64,000 nucleotides of DNA, taken from the NCBI GenBank assembly GCA_964016885.1, contig OZ024741.1:207700001-207764000 (forward strand), written 5' to 3'. The notes under the pieces were generated by a model. It saw only the letters and a list, made by a program, of their open reading frames with translations, had not been told where the DNA came from and searched no databases. The DNA comes from Eledone cirrhosa (lineage: Eukaryota). Positions within the stretch are counted from its first letter, which is position 1; each line of letters starts with the position of its first letter. Positions 11,401 to 26,400 of this stretch are shown piece by piece. The position numbers and the translations under genes are program-made.

Positions 11401-14400
11401 TCAGAGCTCCAATTCTAATTTTTAATTTCTGCCTGACCAACAACCGCTCTGCATAATCAGCTCCTGATTATTTACTAGATTTCTATAAGAATATAACATC
11501 ATTGATCTCAGTAGACAGGCGGGGTAGTTGGCCTTGATAAGCTTGAACAAAAGCGAAACATGTCATGTCGGCTTATCTCCCCTGTTTGCTGAGATCAAAA
11601 TGAGTGAATGTTTCACTACTTTAAAACAATAGCTTACGGTCTTCAAAATGCTTTTAATTAAGCATAAAGTGTATTGCAAAATACATTATATATACATCCA
11701 TATATATATTGCTATTTCAGAGCTCCAATTCTAATTTTTAATTTCTGCCTGACCAACAACCGCTCTGCATAATCAGCTCCTGATTATTTACTAGATTTCT
11801 ATAAGAATATAACACCATTGATCTCAGTAGACAGGCGGGGTAGTTGGCCTTGATAAGCTTCAACAAAAGCGAAACATGTGATGTCGGCTTATCTCCCCTG
11901 TTTGCTGAGATCAAAGTGAGTGAATGTGTCACTACTTTAAAACAATAGCTTACGGTCTTCAAAATGCTTTTAATTAAGCATAAGTGTATTGCAAAATACA
12001 TCCATATATATATTGTTATTTCAGAGCTCCAATTCTAATTTTTAATTTCTGCCTGACCAACAACCGCTCTGCATAATCAGCTCCTGATTATTTACTAGAT
12101 TTCTATAAGAATATAACATCATTGATCTCAGTAGACAGGCGGGGTAGTTGGCCTTGATAAGCTTCAACAAAAGCGAAACATGTCATGTCGGCTTATCTCC
12201 CCTGTTTGCTGAGATCAAAGTGAGTGAATTTGTCACTACTTTAAAACAATAGCTTAAGGTCTTCAAAATGCTTTTAATTAAGCATAAAGTGTATTGCAAA
12301 ATACATTATATATACATCCATATATGTATTGCTATTTCAGAGCTCCAATTCTAATTTTTAATTTCTGCCTGACCAACAACCGCTCTGCATAATCAGCTCC
12401 TGATTATTTACTAGATTTCTATAAGAATATAACACCATTGATCTCAGTAGACAGGCGGGGTAGTTGGCCTTTATAAGCTTCAACAAAAGCGAAACATGTC
12501 ATGTCGGCTTATCTCCCCTGTTTGCTGAGATCAAAGTAAGTGAATATGTCACTACTTTAAAACAATAGCTTACGGTCTTCAAAATGCTTTTAATTAAGCA
12601 TAAGTGTATTGCAAAATACATCCATATATATATTGCTATTTCAGAGCTCCAATTCTAATTTTTAATTTCTGCCTGACCAACAACCGCTCTGCATAATTAG
12701 CTCCTGATTATTTACTAGATTTCTATAAGAATAGAACATCATTGATCTCAGTAGACAGGCGGGGTAGTTGGCCTTGATAAGCTTCAACAAAACCGAAACA
12801 TGTATTGTCGGCTTATCTCCCCTGTTTGCTGAGATCAAAGTGAGCGAATTTGTCACTACTTTAAAACAATAGCTTACGGTCTTCAAAATGCTTTTAATTA
12901 AGCATAAAGTGTATTGCAAAATACATTATATATACATCCATATATATATTGCTATTTCAGAGCTCCAATTCTAATTTTTAATTTCTGCCTGACCAACAAC
13001 CGCTCTGCATAATCAGCTCCTGATTATTTACTAGATTTCTATAAGAATATAACACCATTGATCTCAGTAGACAGGCGGGGTAGTTGGCCTTGATAAGCTT
13101 CAACAAAAGCGAAACATGTGATGTCGGCTTATCTCCCCTGTTTGCTGAGATCAAAGTGAGTGAATGTGTCACTACTTTAAAACAATAGCTTACGGTCTTC
13201 AAAATGCTTTTAATTAAGCATAAGTGTATTGCAAAATACATCCATATATATATTGCTATTTCAGAGCTCCAATTCTAATTTTTAATTTCTGCCTGACCAA
13301 CAACCGCTCTGCGTAATCAGCTCCTGATTATTTACTAGATTTCTATAAGAATATAACATCATTGATCTCAGTAGACAGGCGGGGTAGTTGGCCTTGATAA
13401 GCTTCAACAAAAGCGAAACATGTCATGTCGGCTTATCTCCCCTGTTTGCTGAGATCAAAGTGAGTGAATTTGTCACTACTTTAAAACAATAGCTTACGGT
13501 CTTCAAAATGCTTTTAATTAAGCATAAAGTGTATTGCAAAATACATTATATATACATCCATATATGTATTGCTATTTCAGAGCTCCAATTCTAATTTTTA
13601 ATTTCTGCCTGACCAACAACCGCTCTGCATAATCAGCTCCTGATTATTTACTAGATTTCTATAAGAATATAACACCATTGATCTCAGTAGACAGGCGGGG
13701 TAGTTGGCCTTGATAAGCTTCAACAAAAGCGAAACATGTCATGTCGGCTTATCTCCCCTGTTTGCTGAGATCAAAGTAAGTGAATATGTCACTACTTTAA
13801 AACAATAGCTTACGGTCTTCAAAATGCTTTTAATTAAGCATAAGTGTATTGCAAATTACATCCATATATATATTGCTATTTCAGAGCTCCAATTCTAATT
13901 TTTAATTTCTGCCTGACCAACAACCGCTCTGCATAATCAGCTCCTGATTATTTACTAGATTTCTATAAGAATATAACATCATTGATCTCAGTAGACAGGC
14001 GGGGTAGTTGGCCTTGATAAGCTTCAACAAAAGCGAAACATGTCTTGTCGGCTTATCTCCCCTGTTTGCTGAGATCAAAGTGAGCGAATTTGTCACTACT
14101 TTAAAACAATAGCTTACGGTCTTCAAAATGCTTTTAATTAAGCATAAAGTGTATTGCAAAATACATTATATATACATCCATATATGTATTGCTATTTCAG
14201 AGCTCCAATTCTAATTTTTAATTTCTGCCTGACCAACAACCGCTCTGCATAATCAGCTCCTGATTATTTCCTAGATTTCTATAAGAATATAACATCATTG
14301 ATCTCAGTAGACAGGCGGGGTAGTTGGCCTTGATAAGCTTCAACAAAAGCGAAACATGTCATGTCGGCTTATCTCCCTTGTTTGCTGAGATCAAAGTGAG

Positions 14401-17400
14401 TGAATGTGTCACTACTTTAAAACAATAGCTTACGGTCTTCAAAATGCTTTTAATTAAGCATAAGTGTATTGCAAAATACATCCATATATATATTGCTATT
14501 TCAGAGCTCCAATTCTAATTTTTAATTTCTGCCTGACCAACAACCGCTCTGCATAATCAGCTCCTGATTATTTACTAGATTTCTATAAGAATATAACATC
14601 ATTGATCTCAGTAGATAGGCGGGGTAGTTGGCCTTGATAAGCTTCAACAAAAGCGAAACATGTCATGTCGGCTTATCTCCCCTGTTTGCTGAGATCAAAG
14701 TGAGTGAATGTGTCACTACTTTAAAACAATAGCTTACGGTCTTCAAAATGCTTTTAATTAAGCATAAAGTGTATTGCAAAATACATTATATATACATCCA
14801 TATATATATTGCTATTTCAGAGCTCCAATTCTAATTTTTAATTTCTGCCTGACCAACAACCGCTCTGCATAATCAGCTCCTGATTATTTACTAGATTTCT
14901 ATAAGAATATAACACCATTGATCTCAGTAGACAGGCAGGGTAGTTGGCCTTGATAAGCTTCAACAAAAGCGAAACATGTCATGTCGGTTTATCTCCCCTG
15001 TTTGCTGAGATCAAAGTGAGTGAATGTGTCACTACTTTAAAACAATAGCTTACGGTCTTCAAAATGCTTTTAATTAAGCATAAGTGTATTGCAAAATACA
15101 TCCATATATATATTGCTATTTCAGAGCTCCAATTCTAATTTTTAATTTCTGCCTGACCAACAACCGCTCTGCATAATCAGCTCCTGATTATTTACTAGAT
15201 TTCTCTAAGAATATAACACCATTGATCTCAGTAGACAGGCGGGGTAGTTGGCCTTGATAAGCTTCAACAAAAGCGAAACATGTGATGTCGGCTTATCTCC
15301 CCTGTTTGCTGAGATCAAAGTGAGTGAATGTGTCACTACTTTAAAACAATAGCTTACGGTCTTCAAAATGCTTTTAATTAAGCATAAGTGTATTGCAAAA
15401 TACATCCATATATATATTGTTATTTCAGAGCTCCAATTCTAATTTTTAATTTCTGCCTGACCAACAACCGCTCTGCATAATCAGCTCCTGATTATTTACT
15501 AGATTTCTATAAGAATATAACATCATTGATCTCAGTAGACAGGCGGGGTAGTTGGCCTTGATAAGCTTCAACAAAAGCGAAACATGTCATGTCGGCTTAT
15601 CTCCCCTGTTTGCTGAGATCAAAGTGAGTGAATTTGTCACTACTTTAAAACAATAGCTTACGGTCTTCAAAATGCTTTTAATTAAGCATAAAGTGTATTG
15701 CAAAATACATTATATATACATCCATATATGTATTGCTATTTCAGAGCTCCAATTCTAATTTTTAATTTCTGCCTGACCAACAACCGCTCTGCATAATCAG
15801 CTCCTGATTATTTACTAGATTTCTATAAGAATATAACACCATTGATCTCAGTAGACAGGCGGGGTAGTTGGCCTTTATAAGCTTCAACAAAAGCGAAACA
15901 TGTCATGTCGGCTTATCTCCCCTGTTTGCTGAGATCAAAGTAAGTGAATATGTCACTACTTTAAAACAATAGCTTACGGTCTTCAAAATGCTTTTAATTA
16001 AGCATAAGTGTATTGCAAAATACATCCATATATATATTGCTATTTCAGAGCTCCAATTCTAATTTTTAATTTCTGCCTGACCAACAACCGCTCTGCATAA
16101 TCAGCTCCTGATTATTTACTAGATTTCTATAAGAATATAACACCATTGATCTCAGTAGACAGGCGGGGTAGTTGGCCTTGATAAGCTTCAACAAAAGCGA
16201 AACATGTGATGTCGGCTTATCTCCCCTGTTTGCTGAGATCAAAGTGAGTGAATGTGTCACTACTTTAAAACAATAGCTTACGGTCTTCAAAATGCTTTTA
16301 ATTAAGCATAAGTGTATTGCAAAATACATCCATATATATATTGCTATTTCAGAGCTCCAATTCTAATTTTTAATTTCTGCCTGACCAACAACCGCTCTGC
16401 GTAATCAGCTCCTGATTATTTACTAGATTTCTATAAGAATATAACATCATTGATCTCAGTAGACAGGCGGGGTAGTTGGCCTTGATAAGCTTCAACAAAA
16501 GCGAAACATGTCATGTCGGCTTATCTCCCCTGTTTGCTGAGATCAAAGTGAGTGAATTTGTCACTACTTTAAAACAATAGCTTACGGTCTTCAAAATGCT
16601 TTTAATTAAGCATAAAGTGTATTGCAAAATACATTATATATACATCCATATATGTATTGCTATTTCAGAGCTCCAATTCTAATTTTTAATTTCTGCCTGA
16701 CCAACAACCGCTCTGCATAATCAGCTCCTGATTATTTACTAGATTTCTATAAGAATATAACACCATTGATCTCAGTAGACAGGCGGGGTAGTTGGCCTTG
16801 ATAAGCTTCAACAAAAGCGAAACATGTCATGTCGGCTTATCTCCCCTGTTTGCTGAGATCAAAGTAAGTGAATATGTCACTACTTTAAAACAATAGCTTA
16901 CGGTCTTCAAAATGCTTTTAATTAAGCATAAGTGTATTGCAAATTACATCCATATATATATTGCTATTTCAGAGCTCCAATTCTAATTTTTAATTTCTGC
17001 CTGACCAACAACCGCTCTGCATAATCAGCTCCTGATTATTTACTAGATTTCTATAAGAATATAACATCATTGATCTCAGTAGACAGGCGGGGTAGTTGGC
17101 CTTGATAAGCTTCAACAAAAGCGAAACATGTCTTGTCGGCTTATCTCCCCTGTTTGCTGAGATCAAAGTGAGCGAATTTGTCACTACTTTAAAACAATAG
17201 CTTACGGTCTTCAAAATGCTTTTAATTAAGCATAAAGTGTATTGCAAAATACATTATATATACATCCATATATGTATTGCTATTTCAGAGCTCCAATTCT
17301 AATTTTTAATTTCTGCCTGACCAACAACCGCTCTGCATAATCAGCTCCTGATTATTTCCTAGATTTCTATAAGAATATAACATCATTGATCTCAGTAGAC

Positions 17401-20400
17401 AGGCGGGGTAGTTGGCCTTGATAAGCTTCAACAAAAGCGAAACATGTCATGTCGGCTTATCTCCCTTGTTTGCTGAGATCAAAGTGAGTGAATGTGTCAC
17501 TACTTTAAAACAATAGCTTACGGTCTTCAAAATGCTTTTAATTAAGCATAAGTGTATTGCAAAATACATCCATATATATATTGCTATTTCAGAGCTCCAA
17601 TTCTAATTTTTAATTTCTGCCTGACCAACAACCGCTCTGCATAATCAGCTCCTGATTATTTACTAGATTTCTATAAGAATATAACATCATTGATCTCAGT
17701 AGATAGGCGGGGTAGTTGGCCTTGATAAGCTTCAACAAAAGCGAAACATGTCATGTCGGCTTATCTCCCCTGTTTGCTGAGATCAAAGTGAGTGAATGTG
17801 TCACTACTTTAAAACAATAGCTTACGGTCTTCAAAATGCTTTTAATTAAGCATAAAGTGTATTGTAAAATACATTATATATACATCCATATATATATTGC
17901 TATTTCAGAGCTCCAATTCTAATTTTTAATTTCTGCCTGACCAACAACCGCTCTGCATAATCAGCTCCTGATTATTTACTAGATTTCTATAAGAATATAA
18001 CACCATTGATCTCAGTAGACAGGCAGGGTAGTTGGCCTTGATAAGCTTCAACAAAAGCGAAACATGTCATGTCGGTTTATCTCCCCTGTTTGCTGAGATC
18101 AAAGTGAGTGAATGTGTCACTACTTTAAAACAATAGCTTACGGTCTTCAAAATGCTTTTAATTAAGCATAAGTGTATTGCAAAATACATCCATATATATA
18201 TTGCTATTTCAGAGCTCCAATTCTAATTTTTAATTTCTGCCTGACCAACAACCGCTCTGCATAATCAGCTCCTGATTATTTACTAGATTTCTATAAGAAT
18301 ATAACATCATTGATCTCAGTAGACAGGCGGGGTAGTTGGCCTTGATAAGCTTCAACAAAAGCGAAACATGTTATGTCGGCTTATCTCCCCTGTTTGCTGA
18401 GATCAAAGTGAGTGAATGTGTCACTACTTTAAAACAATAGCTTACGGTCTTCAAAATGCTTTTAGTTAAGCATAACGTGTATTGCAAAATACATTATATA
18501 TACATCCATATATGTATTGCTATTTCAGAGCTCCAATTCTAATTTTTAATTTCTGCCTGACCAACAACCGCTCTGCATAATCAGCTCCTGATTATTTCCT
18601 AGATTTCTATAAGAATATAACATCATTGATCTCAGTGGACAGGCGGGTAGTTGGCCTTGATAAGCTTCAACAAAAGCGAAACATGTTATGTCGGCTTATC
18701 TCCCCTGTTTGCTGAGATCAAAGTGAGTGAATGTGTCACTACTTTAAAACAATAGCTTACGGTCTTCAAAATGCTTTTAATTAAGCATAAAGTGTATTGC
18801 AAAATACATTATATATACATCCATATATATATTGCTATTTCAGAGCTCCAATTCTAATTTTTAATTTCTGCCTGACCAACAACCGCTCTGCATAATCAGC
18901 TCCTGATTATTTACTAGATTTCTATAAGAATATAACACCATTGATCTCAGTAGACAGGCGGGGTAGTTGGCCTTGATAAGCTTCAACAAAAGCGAAACAT
19001 GTCATGTCGGCTTATCTCCCCTGTTTGCTGAGATCAAAGTGAGTGAATGTGTCACTACTTTAAAACAATAGCTTACGGTCTTCAAAATGCTTTTAATTAA
19101 GCATAAGTGTATTGCAAAATACATCCATATATATATTGCTATTTCAGAGCTCCAATTCTAATTTTTAATTTCTGCCTGACCAACAACCGCTCTGCATAAT
19201 CAGCTCTTGATTATTTACTAGATTTCTATAAGAATATAACATCATTGATCTCAGTAGACAGGCGGGGTAGTTGGCCTTGATAAGCTTCAACAAAAGCGAA
19301 ACATGTCATGTCGGCTTATCTCCCCTGTTTGCTGAGATCAAAGTGAGTGAATTTGTCACTACTTTAAAACAATAGCTTACGGTCTTCAAAATGCTTTTAA
19401 TTAAGCATAAAGTGTATTGCAAAATACATTATATATACATCCATATATGTATTGCTATTTCAGAGCTCCAATTCTAATTTTTAATTTCTGCCTGACCAAC
19501 AACCGCTCTGCATAATCAGCTCCTGATTATTTACTAGATTTCTATAAGAATATAACATCATTGATCTCAGTAGACAGGCGGGGTAGTTGGCCTTGATAAG
19601 CTTCAACAAAAGCGAAACATGTCATGTCGGCTTATCTCCCCTGTTTGCTGAGATCAAAGTGAGTGAACGTGTCACTACTTTAAAACAATAGCTTACGGTC
19701 TTCAAAATGCTTTTAATTAAGCATAAAGTGTATTGCAAAATACATTATATATACATCCATATATATATTGCTATTTCAGAGCTCCAATTCTAATTTTTAA
19801 TTTCTGCCTGACCAACAACCGCTCTGCATAATCAGCTCCTGATTATTTCCTAGATTTCTATAAGAATATAACACCATTGATCTCAGTAGACAGGCGGGTT
19901 AGTTGGCCTTGATAAGCTTCAACAAAAGCGAAACATGTCATGTCGGCTTATCTCCCCTGTTTGCTGAGATCAAAGTGAGTGAATGTGTCACTACTTTAAA
20001 ACAATAGCTTACGGTCTTCAAAATGCTTTTAATTAAGCATAAGTGTATTGCAAAATACATCCATATATATATTGCTATTTCAGAGCTCCAATTCTAATTT
20101 TTAATTTCTGCCTGACCAACAACCGCTCTGCATAATCAGCTCCTGATTATTTACTAGATTTCTATAAGAATATAACATCATTGATCTCAGTAGACAGGCG
20201 GGGTAGTTGGCCTTGATAAGCTTCAACAAAAGCGAAACATGTCATGTCGGCTTATCTCCCCTGTTTGCTGAGATCAAAGTGAGTGAATTTGTCACTACTT
20301 TAAAACAATAGCTTACGGTCTTCAAAATGCTTTTAATTAAGCATAAAGTGTATTGCAAAATACATTATATATACATCCATATATGTATTGCTATTTCAGA

Positions 20401-23400
20401 GCTCCAATTCTAATTTTTAATTTCTGCCTGACCAACAACCGCTCTGCATAATCAGCTCCTGATTATTTACTAGATTTCTATAAGAATATAACACCATTGA
20501 TCTCAGTAGACAGGCGGGGTAGTTGGCCTTGATAAGCTTCAACAAAAGCGAAACATGTCATGTCGGCTTATCTCCCCTGTTTGCTGAGATCAAAGTGAGT
20601 GATTTTGTCACTACTTTAAAACAATAGCTTACGGTCTTCAAAATGCTTTTAATTAAGCATAAAGTGTATTGCAAAATACATTATATATACATCCATATAT
20701 ATATTGCTATTTCAGAGCTCCAATTCTAATTTTTAATTTCTGCCTGACCAACAACCGCTCTGCATAATCAGCTCCTGATTATTTACTAGATTTCTATAAG
20801 AATATAACACCATTGATCTCAGTAGACAGGCGGGGTAGTTGGCCTTGATAAGCTTCAACAAAAGCGAAACATGTCATGTCGGCTTATCTCCCCTGTTTGC
20901 TGAGATCAAAGTGAGTTAATGTGTCACTACTTTAAAACAATAGCTTACGGTCTTCAAAATGCTTTTAATTAAGCATAAGTGTATTGCAAAATACATCCAT
21001 ATATATATTGCTATTTCAGAGCTCCAATTCTAATTTTTAATTTCTGCCTGACCAACAACCGCTCTGCATAATCAGCTCCTGATTATTTACTAGATTTCTA
21101 TAAGAATATAACATCATTGATCTCAGTAGACAGGCGGGTTAGTTGGCCTTGATAAGCTTCAACAAAAGCGAAACATGTCATGTCGGCTTATCTCCCCTGT
21201 TTGCTGAGATCAAAGTGAGTGAATTTGTCACTACTTTAAAACAATAGCTTACGGTCTTCAAAATGCTTTTAATTAAGCATAACGTGTATTGCAAAATACA
21301 TTATATATACATCCATATATGTATTGCTATTTCAGAGCTCCAATTCTAATTTTTAATTTCTGCCTGACCAACAACCGCTCTGCATAATCAGCTCCTGATT
21401 ATTTACTAGATTTCTATAAGAATATAACATCATTGATCTCAGTAGACAGGCGGGGTAGTTGGCCTTGATAAGCTTCAACAAAAGCGAAACATGTCATGTC
21501 GGCTTATCTCCCCTGTTTGCTGAGATCAAAGTGAGTGAATGTGTCACTACTTTAAAACAATAGCTTACGGTCTTCAAAATGCTTTTAATTAAGCATAAAG
21601 TGTATTGCAAAATACATTATATATACATCCATATATATATTGCTATTTCAGAGCTCCAATTCTAATTTTTAATTTCTGCCTGACCAACAACCGCTCTGCA
21701 TAATCAGCTCCTGATTATTTACTAGATTTCTATAAGAATATAACACCATTGATCTCAGTAGACAGGCGGGGTAGTTGGCCTTGATAAGCTTCAACAAAAG
21801 CGAAACATGTAATGTCGGCTTATCTCCCCTGTTTGCTGAGATCAAAGTGAGTGAATGTGTCACTACTTTAAAACAATAGCTTACGGTCTTCAAAATGCTT
21901 TTAATTAAGCATAAGTGTATTGCAAAATACATCCATATATATATTGCTATTTCAGAGCTCCAATTCTAATTTTTAATTTCTGCCTGACCAACAACCGCTC
22001 TGCATAATCAGCTCCTGATTATTTACTAGATTTCTATAAGAATATAACACCATTGATCTCAGTAGACAGGCGGGGTAGTTGGCCTTGATAAACTTCAACA
22101 AAAGCGAAACATGTCATGTCGGCTTATCTCCCCTGTTTGCTGAGATCAAAGTGAGTGAATGTGTCACTACTTTAAAACAATAGCTTACGGTCTTCAAAAT
22201 GCTTTTACTTAAGCATAAGTGTATTGCAAAATACATCCATATATATATTGCTATTTCAGAGCTCCAATTCTAATTTTTAATTTCTGCCTGACCAACAACC
22301 GCTCTGCATAATCAGCTCCTGATTATTTACTAGATTTCTATAAGAATATAACATCATTGATCTCAGTAGACAGGCGGGGTAGTTGGCCTTGATAAGCTTC
22401 AACAAAAGCGAAACATGTCATGTCGGCTTATCTCCCCTGTTTGCTGAGATCAAAGTGAGTGAATTTGTCACTACTTTAAAACAATAGCTTACGGTCTTCA
22501 AAATGCTTTTAATTAAGCATAAAGTGTATTGCAAAATACATTATATATACATCCATATATGTATTGCTATTTCAGAGCTCCAATTCTAATTTTTAATTTC
22601 TGCCTGACCAACAACCGCTCTGCATAATCAGCTCCTGATTATTTACTAGATTTCTATAAGAATATAACATCATTGATCTCAGTAGACAGGCGGGGTAGTT
22701 GGCCTTGATAAGCTTCAACAAAAGCGAAACATGTCATGTCGGCTTATCTCCCCTGTTTGCTGAGATCAAAGTGAGTGAACGTGTCACTACTTTAAAACAA
22801 TAGCTTACGGTCTTCAAAATGCTTTTAATTAAGCATAAAGTGTATTGCAAAATACATTATATATACATCCATATATATATTGCTATTTCAGAGCTCCAAT
22901 TCTAATTTTTAATTTCTGCCTGACCAACAACCGCTCTGCATAATCAGCTCCTGATTATTTACTAGATTTCTATAAGAATATAACACCATTGATCTCAGTA
23001 GACAGGCGGGGTAGTTGGCCTTGATAAGCTTCAACAAAAGCGAAACATGTCATGTCGGCTTATCTCCCCTGTTTGCTGAGATCAAAGTGAGTGAATGTGT
23101 CACTACTTTAAAACAATAGCTTACGGTCTTCAAAATGCTTTTAATTAAGCATAAGTGTATTGCAAAATACATCCATATATATATTGCTATTTCAGAGCTC
23201 CAATTCTAATTTTTAATTTCTGCCTGACCAACAACCGCTCTGCATAATCAGCTCCTGATTATTTACTAGATTTCTATAAGAATATAACACCATTGATCTC
23301 AGTAGACAGGCGGGGTAGTTGGCCTTGATAAGCTTCAACAAAAGCGAAACATGTCATGTCGGCTTATCTCCCCTGTTTGCTGAGATCAAAGTGAGTGAAT

Positions 23401-26400
23401 TTGTCACTACTTTAAAACAATAGCTTACGGTCTTCAAAATGCTTTTAATTAAGCATAAAGTGTATTGCAAAATACATTATATATACATCCATATATGTAT
23501 TGCTATTTCAGAGCTCCAATTCTAATTTTTAATTTCTGCCTGACCAACAACCGCTCTGCATAATCAGCTCCTGATTATTTACTAGATTTCTATAAGAATA
23601 TAACATCATTGATCTCAGTAGACAGGCGGGGTAGTTGGCCTTGATAAGCTTCAACAAAAGCGAAACATGTCATGTCGGCTTATCTCCCCTGTTTGCTGAG
23701 ATCAAAGTGAGTGAATGTGTCACTACTTTAAAACAATAGCTTACGGTCTTCAAAATGCTTTTAATTAAGCATAAAGTGTATTGCAAAATACATTATATAT
23801 ACATCCATATATATATTGCTATTTCAGAGCTCCAATTCTAATTTTTAATTTCTGCCTGACCAACAACCGCTCTGCATAATCAGCTCCTGATTATTTACTA
23901 GATTTCTATAAGAATATAACACCATTGATCTCAGTAGACAGGCGGGGTAGTTGGCCTTGATAAGCTTCAACAAAAGCGAAACATGTCATGTCGGCTTATC
24001 TCCCCTGTTTGCTGAGATCAAAGTGAGTGAATGTGTCACTACTTTAAAACAATAGCTTACGGTCTTCAAAATGCTTTTAATTAAGCATAAGTGTATTGCA
24101 AAATACATCCATATATATATTGCTATTTCAGAGCTCCAATTCTAATTTTTAATTTCTGCCTGACCAACAACCGCTCTGCATAATCAGCTCCTGATTATTT
24201 ACTAGATTTCTATAAGAATATAACATCATTGATCTCAGTAGACAGGCGGGGTAGTTGGCCTTGATAAGCTTCAACAAAAGCGAAACATGTCATGTCGGCT
24301 TATCTCCCCTGTTTGCTGAGATCAAAGTGAGTGAATTTGTCACTACTTTAAAACAATAGCTTACGGTCTTCAAAATGCTTTTAATTAAGCATAAAGTGTA
24401 TTGCAAAATACATTATATATACATCCATATATGTATTGCTATTTCAGAGCTCCAATTCTAATTTTTAATTTCTGCCTGACCAACAACCGCTCTGCATAAT
24501 CAGCTCCTGATTATTTATTAGATTTCTATAAGAATATAACATCATTGATCTCAGTAGACAGGCGGGGTAGTTGGCCTTGATAAGCTTCAACAAATGCGAA
24601 ACATGTCATGTCGGCTTATCTCCCCTGTTTGCTGAGATCAAAGTGAGTGAATGTGTCACTACTTTAAAACAATAGCTTACGGTCTTCAAAATGCTTTTAA
24701 TTAAGCATAAAGTGTATTGCAAAATACATTATATATACATCCATATATATATTGCTATTTCAGAGCTCCAATTCTAATTTTTAATTTCTGCCTGACCAAC
24801 AACCGCTCTGCATAATCAGCTCCTGATTATTTACTAGATTTCTATAAGAATATAACATCATTGATCTCAGTAGACAGGCGGGGTAGTTGGCCTTGATAAG
24901 CTTCAACAAAAGCGAAACATGTCATGTCGGCTTATCTCCCCTGTTTGCTGAGATCAAAGTGAGTGAATTTGTCACTACTTTAAAACAATAGCTCACGGTC
25001 TTCAAAATGCTTTTAATTAAGCATAAAGTGTATTGCAAAATACATTATATATACATCCATATATGTATTGCTATTTCAGAGCTCCAATTCTAATTTTTAA
25101 TTTCTGCCTGACCAACAACCGCTCTGCATAATCAGCTCCTGATTATTTACTAGATTTCTATAAGAATATAACACCATTGATCTCAGTAGACAGGCGGGGT
25201 AGTTGGCCTTGATAAGCTTCAACAAAAGCGAAACATGTCATGTCGGCTTATCTCCCCTGTTTGCTGAGATCAAAGTGAGTGATTTTGTCACTACTTTAAA
25301 ACAATAGCTTACGGTCTTCAAAATGCTTTTAATTAAGCATAAAGTGTATTGCAAAATACATTATATATACATCCATATATATATTGCTATTTCAGAGCTC
25401 CAATTCTAATTTTTAATTTCTGCCTGACCAACAACCGCTCTGCATAATCAGCTCCTGATTATTTACTAGATTTCTATAAGAATATAACACCATTGATCTC
25501 AGTAGACAGGCGGGGTAGTTGGCCTTGATAAGCTTCAACAAAAGCGAAACATGTCATGTCGGCTTATCTCCCCTGTTTGCTGAGATCAAAGTGAGTGAAT
25601 GTGTCACTACTTTAAAACAATAGCTTACGGTCTTCAAAATGCTTTTAATTAAGCATAAGTGTATTGCAAAATACATCCATATATATATTGCTATTTCAGA
25701 GCTCCAATTCTAATTTTTAATTTCTGCCTGACCAACAACCGCTCTGCATAATCAGCTCCTGATTATTTACTAGATTTCTATAAGAATATAACACCATTGA
25801 TCTCAGTAGACAGGCGGGGTAGTTGGCCTTGATAAGCTTCAACAAAAGCGAAACATGTCATGTCGGCTTATCTCCCCTGTTTGCTGAGATCAAAGTGAGT
25901 GAATGTGTCACTACTTTAAAACAATAGCTTACGGTCTTCAAAATGCTTTTAATTAAGCATAAGTGTATTGCAAAATACATCCATATATATATTGCTATTT
26001 CAGAGCTCCAATTCTAATTTTTAATTTCTGCCTGACCAACAACCGCTCTGCATAATCAGCTCCTGATTATTTACTAGATTTCTATAAGAATATAACACCA
26101 TTGATCTCAGTAGACAGGCGGGGTAGTTGGCCTTGATAAACTTCAACAAAAGCGAAACATGTCATGTCGGCTTATCTCCCCTGTTTGCTGAGATCAAAGT
26201 GAGTGAATGTGTCACTACTTTAAAACAATAGCTTACGGTCTTCAAAATGCTTTTACTTAAGCATAAGTGTATTGCAAAATACATCCATATATATATTGCT
26301 ATTTCAGAGCTCCAATTCTAATTTTTAATTTCTGCCTGACCAACAACCGCTCTGCATAATCAGCTCCTGATTATTTACTAGATTTCTATAAGAATATAAC

